From positions 6,882,001 through 6,946,000 of the forward strand of contig NC_043008.1 in assembly GCF_006345805.1 (NCBI RefSeq): a stretch of 64,000 nt of DNA, written 5' to 3'. Below the pieces are notes generated by a model. That model saw nothing but the letters and a program-made list of their open reading frames with translations. It was not told the DNA's origin and did not search any database. Origin of the DNA: Octopus sinensis. Taxonomy: Eukaryota. Position 1 is the first letter of the stretch. Each line of letters opens with the position of its first letter. A program made the translations under genes and the position numbers. This document shows positions 29,570-43,770 of this stretch, in pieces.

Positions 29570-29743
29570 GGGGGAAGGGATTAAATCGATTACATCGACC
29601 TCAGTACGTAACTGGTAGTAACTTTTTTGACTCCGAAAAGATGAAAGGCAAAGAAGACCTCGGCGGAATTCGAACTCAATATCTAACGACAGATGAACTA
29701 CCGCTAAGCATTGCGCCCGGCGTGCTAACGATTCTGCCGCCTT
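29570..29743 (-). mobile_element. SINE family A
   Basis: GATGAAAGGCAAAGAAGACCTCGGCGGAATTCGAACTCA..GCCCGGCGTGCTAACGATTCTGCC. Confidence 0.8.
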
Positions 29744-29834
29744 AATATAATATAATAAAATGTGAATGTCAGTATGTCATTGTGTCACACTTTTCCAACT
29801 TTCTTCCAAAATATCATACCATTTTGGGATCAAG

Positions 29835-30130
29835 CTCACTCCGTGAGTAAATTAAAAGCATTTCGGGCCGAATCCGGACCCACTATCCTGAAATTTTGGA
29901 TTCCCAAATTTTCATTACGGTGATTGCTTTCGAAGAATTTTTTTTTATACGTGACTTTTTTGCGACAAATTTTTTTGTATGATAAACAATTTTCATAAAC
30001 TAAAGGCTAACTCCGTGAGTAAATTAAAAACATTCCGGGCCAAATCCGAACCCGCAATACCGAAATCTTCGACTCCTATGTTTTCATTACTGCGATTATT
30101 TTCACCGACTTTTTTTTTTACAAGATTTTT
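29835..30130. repeat. Diverged tandem duplication, ~171-bp period
   Basis: GCT.ACTCCGTGAGTAAATTAAAA.CATT.CGGGCC.AATCCG.ACCC occurs at 29835 and 30006. Confidence 0.7.
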
Positions 30131-30262
30131 TTTGCGATGAATATGATCATCATTGGAATTACGACTCTGCAGGAAACAATTGCAACAAATTCTCCAAAAC
30201 AAGTCTGAGATCAGTTTGCAGATCTTGCTATTCAGGGTCGGCTGCTTAAAAGCTATATACTA

Positions 30263-30489
30263 GTGTGTGTGTATATGTGTATATATAAACATACATACAT
30301 ATATATATACATATATACACACACATATACATACACATACACACACACACATATATATATATACACACACACACACACATATATATACACATATATACAC
30401 ACACACTCATATATATATAAACATATATACACACACACATATATATATACATATATACACACACACAACATATATATATATACATATAT

Positions 30490-30528
<39 letters not shown>

Positions 30529-30771
30529 TATATATATATATATATACACACACCACACATATATATATATATATACACCACATATATATATATACATACA
30601 TACACATATATATATACATATATACATATACATACATACAGATATATATATATACATATATACATATATATATATATACATATATACATACATAAATACA
30701 TACATATATGCACACATACATGCATATATACATACATACATATATACATACATATATATATATAATATATA

Positions 30772-30830
<59 letters not shown>

Positions 30831-30836
30831 ATATAT
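30263..30836. repeat. Long compound (AT)n/(AC)n tract
   Basis: Direct reading. Similar tracts lie at ~6950-7385, 20705-20945, 23395-23850, 34118-34275, 40548-40865, 55390-55655 and 57010-57545. Confidence 0.9.
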
Positions 30837-32504
30837 CCATGAATATACATGTCTGTATGTATGCATATGTGAGGAGGTATAAAACTTAATGCCATTTAAT
30901 GAAGTATTTCCGCAGGATTTAAGTTCTTCGCACTGGGAAAACAATCAAACTCTCCACACAACAATTCTATTACACTTTGGTTAGCATTCATTTCAATTAT
31001 CCCCCCCCCCGCCTGATTCTTCAACACTTTCTCTCAAATTTTCTCACACGTTCATTTCATGCCTCCTCTCTCTCTTCCCCATCTTTCTTACCCCTCTCTC
31101 TCCGCCTCCTCATTCTGTCTGTCTCACATATATATATATATATATATATATACTCATACACATATACATACGTTTATGTATCCGTTTGTATATGCATGTG
31201 TCTATGTTTGCACACGCACGCACACACGTCCATACACACGCACGCACACACGTCCATACACACGCGAGCATACACAAATACAAACAAGCACACACATACG
31301 CACAGCAAATTTGAAAATCCGGTCTAATTAGAGATTACTTTACAATATCTTTTAAGCTTTTTTGAATCAATGTCTGTTCGTGTGGATTATTTATATCTCT
31401 AACAAGTCTCACATATGCGCTTGTTTGAATGAATGAACACACACACACACACCACACACACACACTAACAGATCCGCACCGAACCGACCCAGCCTCCACA
31501 TACAGAAATACACCTGCTACATATACAAGCACAATTAACAGAACCTCAATTAATTGTTGTAAATATGTTATATTTGTGTCATTCTCTTACATAATCACGT
31601 GTGCTCACGCACACACACATACACACATTTTACACACACATTCATGCACACACACACAACCACTCACACATTCACACTTAAATATTCTCTATTGACAAAT
31701 CCATACGCATACATTATACATATATACACATGCACTTTGGAACACAGACAGCTGCTAACAAACGTTCTTATTCATTCACTGATGCGTATACAGACTCTTA
31801 CACACGTACATAGAATGCTCATATATTTATGAACCAAAATATAGACCAATGACATACACTATTTCACACGTGTATAACTGAGCTTTGTAAACAGGGACAC
31901 ATTTTGGATATTTTCATACAACTTTCACATGTCTTATAAATATTCCGCTAGAAATTGCTTTATTACACATGCATGCACGCGTACATACGTACAGACATGT
32001 ACGCATAGATACATATATATAAATTCATACACAGACATATATACACACATATATACATATAAATATAAGTATAATACTATATACGTATATGCATATAAAT
32101 ATATGAATATGTAAATACGTAGACACTTAGATAAGTTTCAGCTAGAATTGGCCCAGTCCAAGACTATAATAGCAATGAATATACATCATTGGAAACATAA
32201 GGAGTAGCAGAAAACGTGAGATGCATTATGTGGAACAATATGAAATGTTGGAGAACTGAACCGACAGCAGGGAATCAGATATTGGGAGAAATGAAAATTA
32301 GGAGAGGAATCTTCCAGTGGGGCAGTGTATCCCTACTAATATTTGTACTGGAAATGATTGTCTTGAGTGAAATACTACTGGAGACACAGTCGGAGTATAA
32401 TCAGGGAAGAGTCTACGAAATCTGCCTCTCAAAATAGTCGATCTCTTGCCAAAATTTGAAACCCCTAACAATGCATGGAACCCATGAGTTAAAAAGAATA
32501 ATAA

Positions 32505-32660
32505 TGGTTACAAATTTTGGAGCGGGGTCTAAATCGATTAAATCAACCCTAGTGTTCTACTGGGGGGGGGGATTTAGTAGACACCTTTGACCTAGTACTT
32601 GTCCGGTATTTATTTTACCGACCCCGGACAGATGAAAGGTAAATTTGACCTCACCAGCAT
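32505..32660 (-). mobile_element. SINE family A fragment
   Basis: TATTTTACCGACCCCGGACAGATGAAAGGTAAATTTGACCTC, the antisense central domain. Confidence 0.55.
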
Positions 32661-32873
32661 TTCAGCTTTGATTTTCATCTGGGGTTGACAAACTATAACC
32701 TAAGTACTGAAGTTAATGACATCAACTGTTCCCCTGCCTATAAACGACTGAGTACCCAGCTTATCTTCTGGTTGTCTTCTTCTGTTAGCTGCTAAGATTG
32801 TTTATCAGCGTTTTATATTTGCTGTTTGAATTTATCATCGTTTACCTCATGATTGCATTGGTTTATTCCAATA

Positions 32874-33263
32874 CTAGCAGTATCGCCCGGCGTTGCTCGG
32901 ATTTGTTTCGCCCCCTTAGAATTGGAATTTTTAAAAAGTAAAACTTTTGCATTATGTAGCTTGTTTTTCTCTTTAAGTGAACATTTTTCTGGTTGAAATA
33001 CACCGCAAAATGGCGACACAACAGTAAAAAATCGTAAAAAATAGGGATTTTCTTAGAAAAAAAGCACATTTTTGATGTAAATAATTTTTGGTGTTAACAT
33101 GGTCCGATTTGAATTTTCTCTTCTACGGAAGGAAGAGCAAGCCTTCTTCTATTATACTCTCAATTTTGGTCAACTTGCACTCAGGGTTTCTGAGGAGATA
33201 GTGTTAGTTGAATGCTACCAAACCTGCCATACACAGACACCTTCAGCTTTATATATATGGAGA
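32874..33263 (-). mobile_element. Non-autonomous Helitron
   Basis: Minus strand reads A|TCTCCATATATATAAAGCTGAAGG ... CCGAGCAACGCCGGG (subterminal hairpin) CGATACTG CTAG|T. This gives 5'-TC, 3'-CTAG and an A|T insertion site. Confidence 0.8.
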
Positions 33264-34179
33264 TGTAACAATTTCCTTCTTGTCCAATTTACTGCTGTTA
33301 TAATTAGTGTCCATTATTTCTTTTTCCTAATTTGTTACAATATCCCTCTCTCCCTTTCTTTTGTCTATTATCGCGTTACTCATTGAATAAGTTCTCATTG
33401 GCGCAAATCTGATATCGGATGCATATCAAAACTAGGGTCTTACTTTTGGTAATTGTTTACCACATATCTATGTCCGATCTTACTAAATCTGGAATACTTT
33501 TCAACATGCTAAGTATTTGCTTTTTTTAAAAATACGTTTGGGATCTCAGATTTTTATATTTCTTTGTTTTAACTATTTTTATTAATATTTAAATCATTTT
33601 TGTGTACTTTTTTAATAAATCAAATTTTGTATTTAAATATTTTATGCTGTATTTTCCGTATTTTATTTTATTTTATTCTTCTCGGATGTTTGCATGTTTG
33701 TGTTACACGTGATTTCAATTTCGTTACTCGTTCCTCCACCGCCCTAAAAACATATCTCATTTCTCTATATTTACAAACAAACAATTACAATAAGCTATTT
33801 TTGAACGTGACTCACTAGAAAAGCAAACGCGGAAAGAAATAAAAGCAAAAACTAATTAAGTCATAAAGTGCGGCTGAAGAGCTTAACGGATGTCAAAACG
33901 TAACCAACAAAAACGAATTGATATCCCAGGATATTAATATAGTGACTAAGATGAATTTTGTAAACAATAGAAAATATAATTATATGAACATAATCTAAAT
34001 AGTTTCTCTATATTAAAAACGAACCATTGTCATTCTGTTCCCCAGAGTTGACGAAAACAATTTGTTACAAAAAATTGCAAGTGCAGAAAAAACAAGATTT
34101 ACTTTCTGTAGCTGTCGATATATATATATATATACATATATATATAAGTACATATATATATGTACATATATATATGTAC

Positions 34180-34220
<41 letters not shown>

Positions 34221-34221
34221 G

Positions 34222-34275
<54 letters not shown>

Positions 34276-35188
34276 TTCTCCAACTAACAACCAATCAATC
34301 TTTGTTATCCCTATGTATATCAATACAAACACACACGCTAAGTCACTAGGATCTGACTGGGGCCTACAGATATCCTAAGCACAGATTAACCAAGTCGTTC
34401 TCTCGTTCCTTCCACAGTGTAACTGACGAGACGTTAATTGGACAGTAAATACTGATTATAAAATTCTGTTCAGGAAATAATGAATTTATAATTTAGTTTC
34501 CTTCAAACCTTTTGCAAACCGAACCACGAAAATATCTGGAACCCAAGCAAAATAGTATCGAACTGCGTTAGCCAAAATTAATCGAAAATATTCGTGGCGA
34601 AATAAAATAACTGTGCGTTGGTTTGCTGCGTTTTGTGAAGAATTACAGCGTTTTAGACGCTTGTTTATTTTTGAGAGAAAGAAAATATTATACCGAAGAG
34701 AGTATGATGCGGTTGGTATATACAAGAAGAGAGTATGATTAGAGTGGGCGATGGTGTAAGTAGAGCGAGGGAGAAGAGTGTAAGGAGAGGCGGAGGAAGT
34801 GAGTAAATAATTGTAGAGAGAGACAATTCCGTTGAAGTAGGAAGATCAGGGGGAGTGAACCGAGTAAATTGAGGAGTGACCCACTCCTCATTTAATTCGC
34901 AGTAATTTTTCACTGCGTTATATTTTAAATAAATCTGTTTTTCAATTTTGTTTATTTAACGCTTAATAGCAAAAAAGCAACATAAGCAAAATTATAGACT
35001 TAGTCATCGAAGGCAACAAGCAAAATTGCATATTTTCAGTATTTTCATTCATTCATTCAGAAAAAAAAAGAAACAAGCAACGCAAAACGAATTTTATACA
35101 GATACACATTAGTAAATCAGGCCCAACTGTAAACAAGAACACACACACACATATGCACATGCATCGTATATATATATATGTGTGTGTA

Positions 35189-35245
<57 letters not shown>

Positions 35246-36072
35246 ATAACGATAGAATTAAAGAGATATAAATAATGTAACTTTGCTGCCATAATTCTTT
35301 ATGTATGTTAATTCACTTACACACGCACATATATATACACACTGGTTCGCGATCACTCAAATACACACGCATGCGCGCACACATACACCATCCCATTATC
35401 TCTGATAATTTAATTGGCGAAAATCTCAAGTCTTATATTTTGTATTCTTTGCAAGCATTTTGTTAAAAAACAGTATAACGTAATTGACAAACAGTAGTCA
35501 CACAATCTCTCCTCCCCTTCCTCCTCCTCTTCCTCCTCCTCCTTTCGCTCACTCTTACACATACACACACACACACACCCACACACATACACTTAAGATA
35601 CAAACGTTGAATTAAAATCTCCAAATAACTATTCTTATAATAGATTTCTATTTTCGACAACTGAACACTTCTATTATTATAAAGAAACAATTACATTGAA
35701 ATTTCAAAAATAGCAACAGAAATATTGTTCTGAGAGGAATCCATGTTTCTTGTTTACTGTTTTCACTTTGACTTCGTATTAGTATCAATTTTACTTTTTT
35801 TGAATTTTGTTCAGATATTTACTGAGAGACAAAACAAATCGTTCGTTAGTTGTTTGGTGTTTAGCACCAAGACTGTACAGCTGGAACGGAGGGAAAGGTG
35901 AGAAACATTACTGCCATGGTTATCAGTGGTTAGCCCTTGGTCAGTAAACCTCGAGCAAACGTGGACTAGAAAGAAATCCAGTCGTGACCAGTCCGTGTTA
36001 TTTCTTCAACTAAAAATATTTCAAATTTTTCAGACGGAAAGATTTAATTTCAAGATATAACTAGTGTATATA

Positions 36073-36132
36073 TAGCAGGGTGGCTGACAACCTAGCAGGG
36101 TGGCTGACAACCTAGCAGAGTGGTTGTCAACC
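36073..36132. repeat. 20-bp tandem repeat, 3 copies
   Basis: TAGCAGGGTGGCTGACAACC twice exactly, then TAGCAGAGTGGTTGTCAACC, which overlaps the hAT MITE end. Confidence 0.8.
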
Positions 36133-36371
36133 GGGGTCTGCATGACATTTGGGGTCCATATAAAGCTTTGCTGTTAAAGTCTATGTGCAATAAAGGAGTC
36201 ATGCTTCTACAGTAAACAAAATAATTTAAGGATTTTTTATTCAGTCCCTAATAATATTTAACTGTAAAAATATATTAGGATATTTTTAAAGAATCAAGTG
36301 GCTACGAGGGTTCACCCGAGTAAAATACAAATCAAAGGGGTCCATATGCAAAAAATAGTTGAGAATCACTG
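36118..36371. mobile_element. hAT (Charlie/MER5-like) MITE
   Basis: Termini AGTGGTTGTCAACC ... GTTGAGAATCACTG, with internal GGGGTCCATA repeats. Further 5'-end-like fragments lie at ~36540 and ~24908. Confidence 0.6.
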
Positions 36372-36386
36372 GCCTACAATATCTCT

Positions 36387-36519
36387 CGCTGGTTCGTAAG
36401 ACGGTCCCTGGTTTGTGCGACTGCTCCTTTTCCGTGCGACGGCCGCTGGTTCGGGTAACTGCCGCCGGTTTGTGCGACTGACACTGATTCGTGCGACGGC
36501 CTCTGTTCTGTGCAACTGC
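36387..36519. repeat. GC-rich 19-bp minisatellite, 7 units
   Basis: cgctggttcgtaagacggt|ccctggtttgtgcgactgc|tccttttccgtgcgacggc|cgctggttcgggtaactgc|cgccggtttgtgcgactga|cactgattcgtgcgacggc|ctctgttctgtgcaactgc. Confidence 0.8.
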
Positions 36520-36719
36520 CACAGGGTAGTCAATAGTATAGTGGCTATCAGCCGGGGTCTATATAAGATTTGGGGTTAGTCTACGTAGCAAAATAGAAAA
36601 TTGGAGATGTACAAGAGTATTTTAAAGGCTCCTGAAAAAAACTTTGCTGTAGATGTATGTATTGCAAGAAATGGCCAGGTTTCTTTCTCTATTTCTAAGT
36701 TATTGTGAAAATTTGAGGA

Positions 36720-37210
36720 TATGTATGTATGATGTTTGTATGATGTATGTATGTATGTGTATGTATGTATGTATATATCTATGTGTATGTGTTTACGTAT
36801 GTTTGTATATATGTATGCATGTATGTATGTCTTCTATTTTTTTGATTATTATAAATCTTCCACTGAAGAGGGAACCGGTTTCCAACAAAGATACAAGGTT
36901 CCATCTTTGGGATATAGTTAACACAGTCAAATTTACGTTGGGAACTTGAGAAAAGTCTTGCATGTTTTTACTGTTCCACTCACAAATTGGACTTGTACGA
37001 ATCAGCGGTTAATTTCTCCTTCTGAAAATCCCAGTTTATCCAGATTCTCTTTTAAGCATTTACCAAGAAAACCTAGTGCTCCAATTATTATTGGTATGAA
37101 TATGAATTCATAGTCTGGATATAGAAGCTGGAGGTTTCGAAGCAGTTGTCCATAGATATCCTTTTTCTTTAATTTTCAGAGATATTTATATCTGCAGGGC
37201 AGCCAACCTC
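36720..37210 (-). mobile_element. Second R4/Dong-like RLE retrotransposon 3' end, running into a (CATA)n-like tract
   Basis: Minus strand encodes DIYGQLLRNLQLLYPDYEFIFIPIIIGALG..GTVK. Shares the terminal GAACCGGTTTC motif with the copy at 6081-6603. Confidence 0.75.
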
Positions 37211-38236
37211 TATGATGGTACACACTTTAGCCCGTCTGTCCGAAGCAACGATATGTATGTATATTTGTATGCATGCATGCATGCACGTATGTGTGCATAT
37301 GCATGTATATATGCATGACACGTGATAGAAACATCCAAATTCGACCTGTCACGGCAATATGCAATCCGTGCGATATTGCCAAGACCAAATGTTAAAACGG
37401 CTCCAACGACAATAAGCTGACTTGCATTCACCTCATTAACTGGGACACTCAGAATACGGAGAATTCTCTGAAATTCTGCAAATATAAATTTGCCAGTCTC
37501 TCGCTTTGCCTACTTTTCTAATTTACCTTAGCAATATCAATGGAAGATGAAGATAAAGATTAGCCGTTTTCTTTGTGAGAGAAAATTTAAATTTTAACGA
37601 TTTCGCACATCTAATGACAGCTGCAGTTTATTGTGAATAGAAGACATTTAATTATGTAGCTTTGAAATGAATTTATTCTAATTTAATTTTCATTCTTTTG
37701 TTAATGCCGAAGAGAGAAAGAGCGAGAGAGACAGACAAACAGAGAGAGAGATAGAGAGAGACAGGGACAGAGATGGAGAGAGAGCGTTAGCAACAGGCCG
37801 CGGTTGTGTCAAAGATCAGTGTGACACGAGCTGGTTGGTGTGAAAGAGAAATGCGATGAAAGAAACTCTTGTCTTGCTTTCTACATAATACAGACTTCAA
37901 AGTTTGAATAGATGACGACAGGTCGAGGAAGCTAACTGAAATCACCAACTGCCATACTTTCCTGCATCATTGACTGCTTTCACTGACTCATTCAATGAAA
38001 CTCATACAACCACAGCCATTTATTTATTTATTTATTTGTTTATTTATTTATCTTGCATTTTGTGAACAATAGCGCCGTTGGATGTCGGTTTTCAACGGGC
38101 CAATCACATTTCCGATGGTGAAAGTGATAAGAGAATGTCTGTGCGTCTGTGCAACCCGGGTGGATTATATACCAAAACGTATTTTTATTCTAACGTACTG
38201 TTCATCGTTTCTTTATATAAATAAACATATTTTCCT

Positions 38237-38298
<62 letters not shown>

Positions 38299-38338
38299 CA
38301 CACATACACACACACATACATATATATATTTATACACC

Positions 38339-38369
<31 letters not shown>

Positions 38370-39186
38370 CGCCTGTATATGTGTTTGTGTGCGCGCGCGC
38401 AAGTGTATGACAGAGAGAGAAAGAAAGAAAATGAGTGTGAGAGAAAGGGAGAGAGAGGGGAAAGGTTAGAATAAACTCGTGCTCATTCATTCATAAATCT
38501 AACACAATTCAAAGAAATGCCGATCACACACAAACGAAAACAGAATTTTGGGGTTGGATGGAGACGAGTGGAAGACAGAACCTAAGGAAGGTAAGCCGCG
38601 TTTTAAGGCTGTCTGAACCCCATGTCCAAGGAGAGGTGTAGGTCCTTGTTTTTACGGGTCTCTTTGAAAAAAAAACGTTGAAGAAAAACGGAAACAGACT
38701 TATTTGGAGGAATGCTTGCGTAGGTTACAGGATCGAAATCTAGGTTCAATACCTCCTCGGGGGTGTTATGAACATTCAGCCAGTTTTGCTAAAGTATGAT
38801 GCCCCGTAGAGCTTGTGAGTGAAAGGGGTCTATTCCCGTTGATATTAGAGCTGGTTTTTAGCCGAGTGAGCGTGAGATGAAGGGTTGAGTAAGAAGGCAT
38901 CTTTGTTTTGGTTTGTGTCTGGAGCGAAGGGATGAATGATTTGAAGGATCGGCTAGATTGCTTTATCGCTTTGAAAGGAGAGACTGGATGTTGCAGGATC
39001 GCAGAGCAGAAAACGAAAGATGTAAAGGAAAATGTACTGAAGCAGTCGTGCTAGTGGAGGAGGAGTCAGGTGAGTGGGGGTCGTAAAGATGATTCAGAAT
39101 TCAGGAGAGCGGTTTGTGGCACGGTTTGCAGTGCTTCGGCTGATGAGTTAGACTTGATGGGTGGCGGAGTGAACATACCAAGATAT

Positions 39187-39355
39187 AGGCGCAGGTGTGG
39201 CTGTGAGGTGAGAAGCTTGCTTCTCAACCACATGGTGCCGGGTTCAATCCCACTGCATGGCACCTTGGAAAAGTGTCTTCTTCTATAGCCTCGAGCCGAC
39301 CAAAGCCTTGTGAGTGGATCTGGTAGACCGAAACCGGAAGACGCATGTCGCACAC

Positions 39356-39394
<39 letters not shown>

Positions 39395-39635
39395 AGTGTG
39401 TGTGTGAGTGTGTGTGTGAGTGTGTGCGTGTGTGTGTGTGTATTTGTGAGTGCCTCTCCTCCATCTCTTGGCAATCGATGTTGGTGTGTTTACGTCACTG
39501 CAACCTAGCAGTTAGGCAGAAGTGCCTGACAGAATAAGTACTAGGCTTACAAAGAATAAGTCCTCGGATCGATTTATTAGAATGAAGGCGGTACTCCAGC
39601 ATGGCCGCAGTCAAATAACTGAAACAAGTAAATGA
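39187..39635 (+). mobile_element. tRNA-derived SINE family B with an internal (TA)/(TG) microsatellite
   Basis: GTGGCTGTGAGGTGAGAAGCTTGC..GGGTTCAATCCC head, then GCCGACCAAAGCCTTGTGAGTGGAT, a microsatellite at 39355-39450, and tail AAGGCGGTACTCCAGCATGGCCGCAGTC..GAAACAAGTAAA. Confidence 0.8.
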
Positions 39636-40570
39636 ACAACAGAACATCAGCGATGACGAAATGTTTTTTTTTTCAATGCAGAATTGCTATTTTTGAGGAA
39701 AACTGGGGAAAATGAAGGTAGATTCCGTGCCGAGTGGATGTCAGCAATAAATTTAGGAATCGAGTGGGATGCGGTGATGGAAGAAGACTCTGAGAACTGG
39801 AAGTCCATCGTCTTTGAGGAGTACAAGGAATTTATGTCAAGGTAAAGAGGAGTGAGTGTATAGTGTCAGCTTAAGTTATCCAACCGACTATTGTTGAGGT
39901 GCTATATTATCTTCGCATTTGCGCACTTGTGTGTGTGTGTGTGTGAGTAGATGAGTGAGTGGGTGAGTGGGTGAGTGAGTGGATGAGTGAGTGGGTGAGT
40001 GAGTTTTTACTCAGTTTCTGTCAAAGTCTACTCTCAACATATTGATCACTCCGACGCTATGTGTATGTATGTGTGTGTGTGTCTGTCTGCGTGTGTGTGT
40101 GTGTGTGTGCGTGTGTTTGAGTGAGAGTTCTTTCTCAGTTTCTGTCAAAGTCTACTTTCAAAATTGTTCCCCCCGACGCTATGCGTATTCATGTGTGTAT
40201 CTGTGTGTGGGTGCGGTATTCATAGACCTTGGAATAAGTCAAACTATTTTACAATTGTTTGGTGAAAGCACCGCTCTCTCTCCCTCCCTCTCTCGGGAAA
40301 TACACTCGGGAAAAACATGGAGACAAAGAGAGAGGGGGAGAGGGCGGGAGAGAGAGAGAGATAAAGAGAAGTGTTGGAGAGAGGGTGGGAGCAACGTATA
40401 CTATCGTTGATAAATTTGGAAGAGTTGAAGGAAAAAGAGGAGAGACGAGAATGGGAAAGAGAGAGAGAGAGAGGGGGAGAGAGAAAGAGAGACAGAGAAA
40501 AGAAAAGAAAGAGTGAAACAGAGAGAGGTTGTAGTGAGTGGTGAAACATATGTATATATATATATATATA

Positions 40571-40602
<32 letters not shown>

Positions 40603-40672
40603 AATATATATATGTGTACATATATATATGATATATATATATATGTGTAATATATATATATATATGTGTATA

Positions 40673-40721
<49 letters not shown>

Positions 40722-40726
40722 ATATA

Positions 40727-40869
<143 letters not shown>

Positions 40870-41375
40870 AGAGAGAGAGAAGGAGAACGATGTAAGAAGA
40901 TATACGTGAGACTATTAAAGTCAGAGATCAAAGAGAAAAAAAGTGACGACCAAGTTGACTGAATATTGTGAATGATAGGGAGGAGAGATAGAGTTAAGAG
41001 GGAAAGAGAGACAAAGAGCGGAGAGGAAAATTAGAGAAAAATATAAAGAGAGAGACGGTGTAAGTGAGTGGGAAGGGTGGAAGAGAGAGAAAGACAGAGG
41101 AACAGGTATAGAGGAGAAGAAAAAAAGGAGAAAATGGGTTATAGTATCGGATAAAGTGGCAGGAAGTTGAAGAAGAGAGAAAGAGAGAGATGTGTTAAAG
41201 AGAGAGAGTGAGAATGAAAGTGAGAGATAGAGATGTGTTTAGGAAAGTGAGAGAATGTTAGAGCGAGTGAGAGAGAGAGAGAGGAGAAAGAAAGAGAAAA
41301 TAGAAAATATATGAAAATGTCAAGGCAAAGAGACATGTTATATAAATTACGTTTTATTTTTGCGCTACTATTGCC

Positions 41376-41389
41376 GTAACCATAGTAAC
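41376..41389. promoter_or_regulatory. Candidate RFX X-box motif
   Basis: GTAACCATAGTAAC fits the 14-bp consensus GTHNYYATRRNAAC. No associated gene is visible. Confidence 0.25.
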
Positions 41390-41584
41390 AAACACAATAG
41401 ATGGAAAGTGTGAAGAGAAACGTGTATTTGCATCTGAATGTGTTTGCATGCGTTTGTGTAGGGTTGTGTGTGTGTGTGTGTGTGTGCGAGTACTTATATA
41501 GGTAAATTGAAAATCCGATACAGATACCTCTGTACGCTTTATACAAATGTATAACTGTCTATCAATCAATCAATCAGTCTATAG

Positions 41585-41679
41585 CTATCTATCGATATCT
41601 ATCTATCTATCGATATCTATCTATCTATCGATATCTATCTATCTATCTATCGATATCTATCTATATATCTTTCAATCTA

Positions 41680-41726
<47 letters not shown>

Positions 41727-41741
41727 ATATCTTTCAATCTA

Positions 41742-41827
<86 letters not shown>
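41585..41827. repeat. (ATCT)n microsatellite
   Basis: Direct reading. Confidence 0.9.
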
Positions 41828-43020
41828 CCCACGCACAAAGAACACACAGTTACATATATAAATACACTTACAAACGTATACGTAAATGCACGCACACTCA
41901 CACACACACACACGCAAAAACAAACGTAATATACGTATACATATGCATATAAACATACACATATATATATATACCTATATAAACATATGGATACACAAAG
42001 AAACACACATATATAAGCATACATATATATATATATAAAACAAGCCCGTGCTTGTAAGTGCTAATAAGGACAGTAAATACATCAATTTTGTAATGTAGCT
42101 TTATAAAAGTGTGTATATAGTTATAAAGACAGCATAAGGTGAGTAGGGGTGCTTAGGGTGGGGTGGCGGTGGTAGAGTGATGATGGAAAATACTAGAAGT
42201 TTTGAAACGAAGAAGAATAAAATGAGGAATAAATCTAGATTAAAAAATCCGTGGCGGAAGGAATGGAGTCGAACGATGTCAGGTGACCTTTGAAGATTAA
42301 AAAAAAAAGCGGCGGAAATTGTTGGAAAGTTACAGAATTATGGGTGAAGTTCTTTGAGAGAAATTTGCTGAGGTGTGTAGAATTTCATTACAAGAAAAAT
42401 AAAACAAAAACACGGCGATAGAATTGAAAAAGGAGAATTAAAGCAACAGTGGAAAGAGAATGGTTTGAAAGTAGGTTAAATTTGTAGGGTAATCAATAAT
42501 TAAATGTTTTTGGGTTATTAATATAGAACAAGAAGAATATTATGGGAGGGAACAGGTGAAATATTAAGTCACCAACACCAAATTAAGGGTGCATAAGGCT
42601 GGATGGATGTACTTGTAAGGTGTAGTGACTATATTACCTTGATAGCTATTAAATAGAGCGAATTATTGAATAATTGTAGTTTGGGGTCAAAGTCGATACA
42701 AAATGAGTAAATAAAAAATAAAAATTAAAAGAAAAATAGTTTCCAACACTGAAGACTGATGTGGGTTAAACAAATTTCAGAACGAACGTGAAAAATGAAG
42801 AATAAAGACAAAGCGAAAAAGGAAATGGTTTGAAAAAAAAAAAAAATAAGAAAGTAAAAAAAAAAGAATGCGTCAATTATTTCTGAAATTCGTGACGTTT
42901 AGAAAAATGGCGTTTAAAATTGAATTTGTTTCATGCGTGTTTCTGATATCTGAGATCATTGTATTGTGTATCGTATTCTGTGTCACAGGTGGTCATAGGC
43001 GATGTCATACATACATGAAT

Positions 43021-43213
43021 ACCTACCTACCTACCTACCTACTACCTACCTACCTACCTACCTATCTACCCGCCAACCTACCTACCTACCCACCCATCCA
43101 CCTACCTTCCTACCTACCCACCTACCTACCTACCTACCTGCCTACCCACCTACCTACCTACCTACTTACCTACCTACCTACCTACCTACCTACCTACCTA
43201 CCTACCTACCTAC
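43021..43213. repeat. (CCTA)n microsatellite
   Basis: Direct reading. Source of the LPTY repeats in ORF 42868-43473. Confidence 0.9.
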
Positions 43214-43654
43214 CGAGAATTTGCGTCGGTCCCGTCTGTCTCTCCGGTCTCCATCTTTCAAGACATTTTCTATGCGTTAACCCCTATGCTCGTCTCCTTG
43301 GCCCCCAAGGCCGTATTTTGTTCCACTGTTCGTCTTTGTCCACCGCCCTAAATCACACTCTTTGTCGTTTTGCTTATTTTGTTTCGCATCGCTTCCTCTC
43401 GCCCTTAATTTTCCGCAAGAAAACATTTTTTTGCGGGCTCCGCCAATTGGGAAGCGATCAGTCTTATCGCTAAAGGTGCGAAACTGAATATTATAAAATG
43501 GTCGATAACTGATGAAGAATTACGGACGTTCTGTTCGTATCCTGTTCGTTTTTACATGAAGTATACGTTATGTCATTTGCTTATATAGCATGCATTCATG
43601 AAGTAAAGGAACGCAACACACTGTATATATATATATATCCATGAGAACTACATT

Positions 43655-43770
43655 AAGGGTATGCACGTCTGTGGAGTGCTCAGTCACTTGCACGTTAATT
43701 TAATGAGCAAGCTGTTCCGTTGATCGGATCAGATAGGACCCTCGTGTTCGTAACCGACAGAGTGTTACTC
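43655..43770 (+). mobile_element. SINE family C 3' fragment
   Basis: GTCTGTGGAGTGCTCAGTCACTTGCACGTTAATTT..GCTGTTCCGTTGATCGGATCA, matching the reverse complement of 22700-22800. Confidence 0.7.

Noticed and set aside
33870-33910. CTGAAGA..AAAACGTA hammerhead-like string
   Set aside because: G12 is missing, helix II is not convincing and helix I does not pair.
38570-39160. Higher-GC stretch, possible LINE fragment or exon
   Set aside because: No sustained ORF or recognisable motif.
40010-40185. ~50-bp direct repeat TCAGTTTCTGTCAAAGTCTACT..CCGACGCTATG
   Set aside because: Local slippage duplication within a (GT)n context, with no sign of function.
43470-43530. GAAA..GTC..CTGATGA as a type-II hammerhead
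   Set aside because: Neither helix I nor helix II can form, and helix III is mostly wobble pairs.
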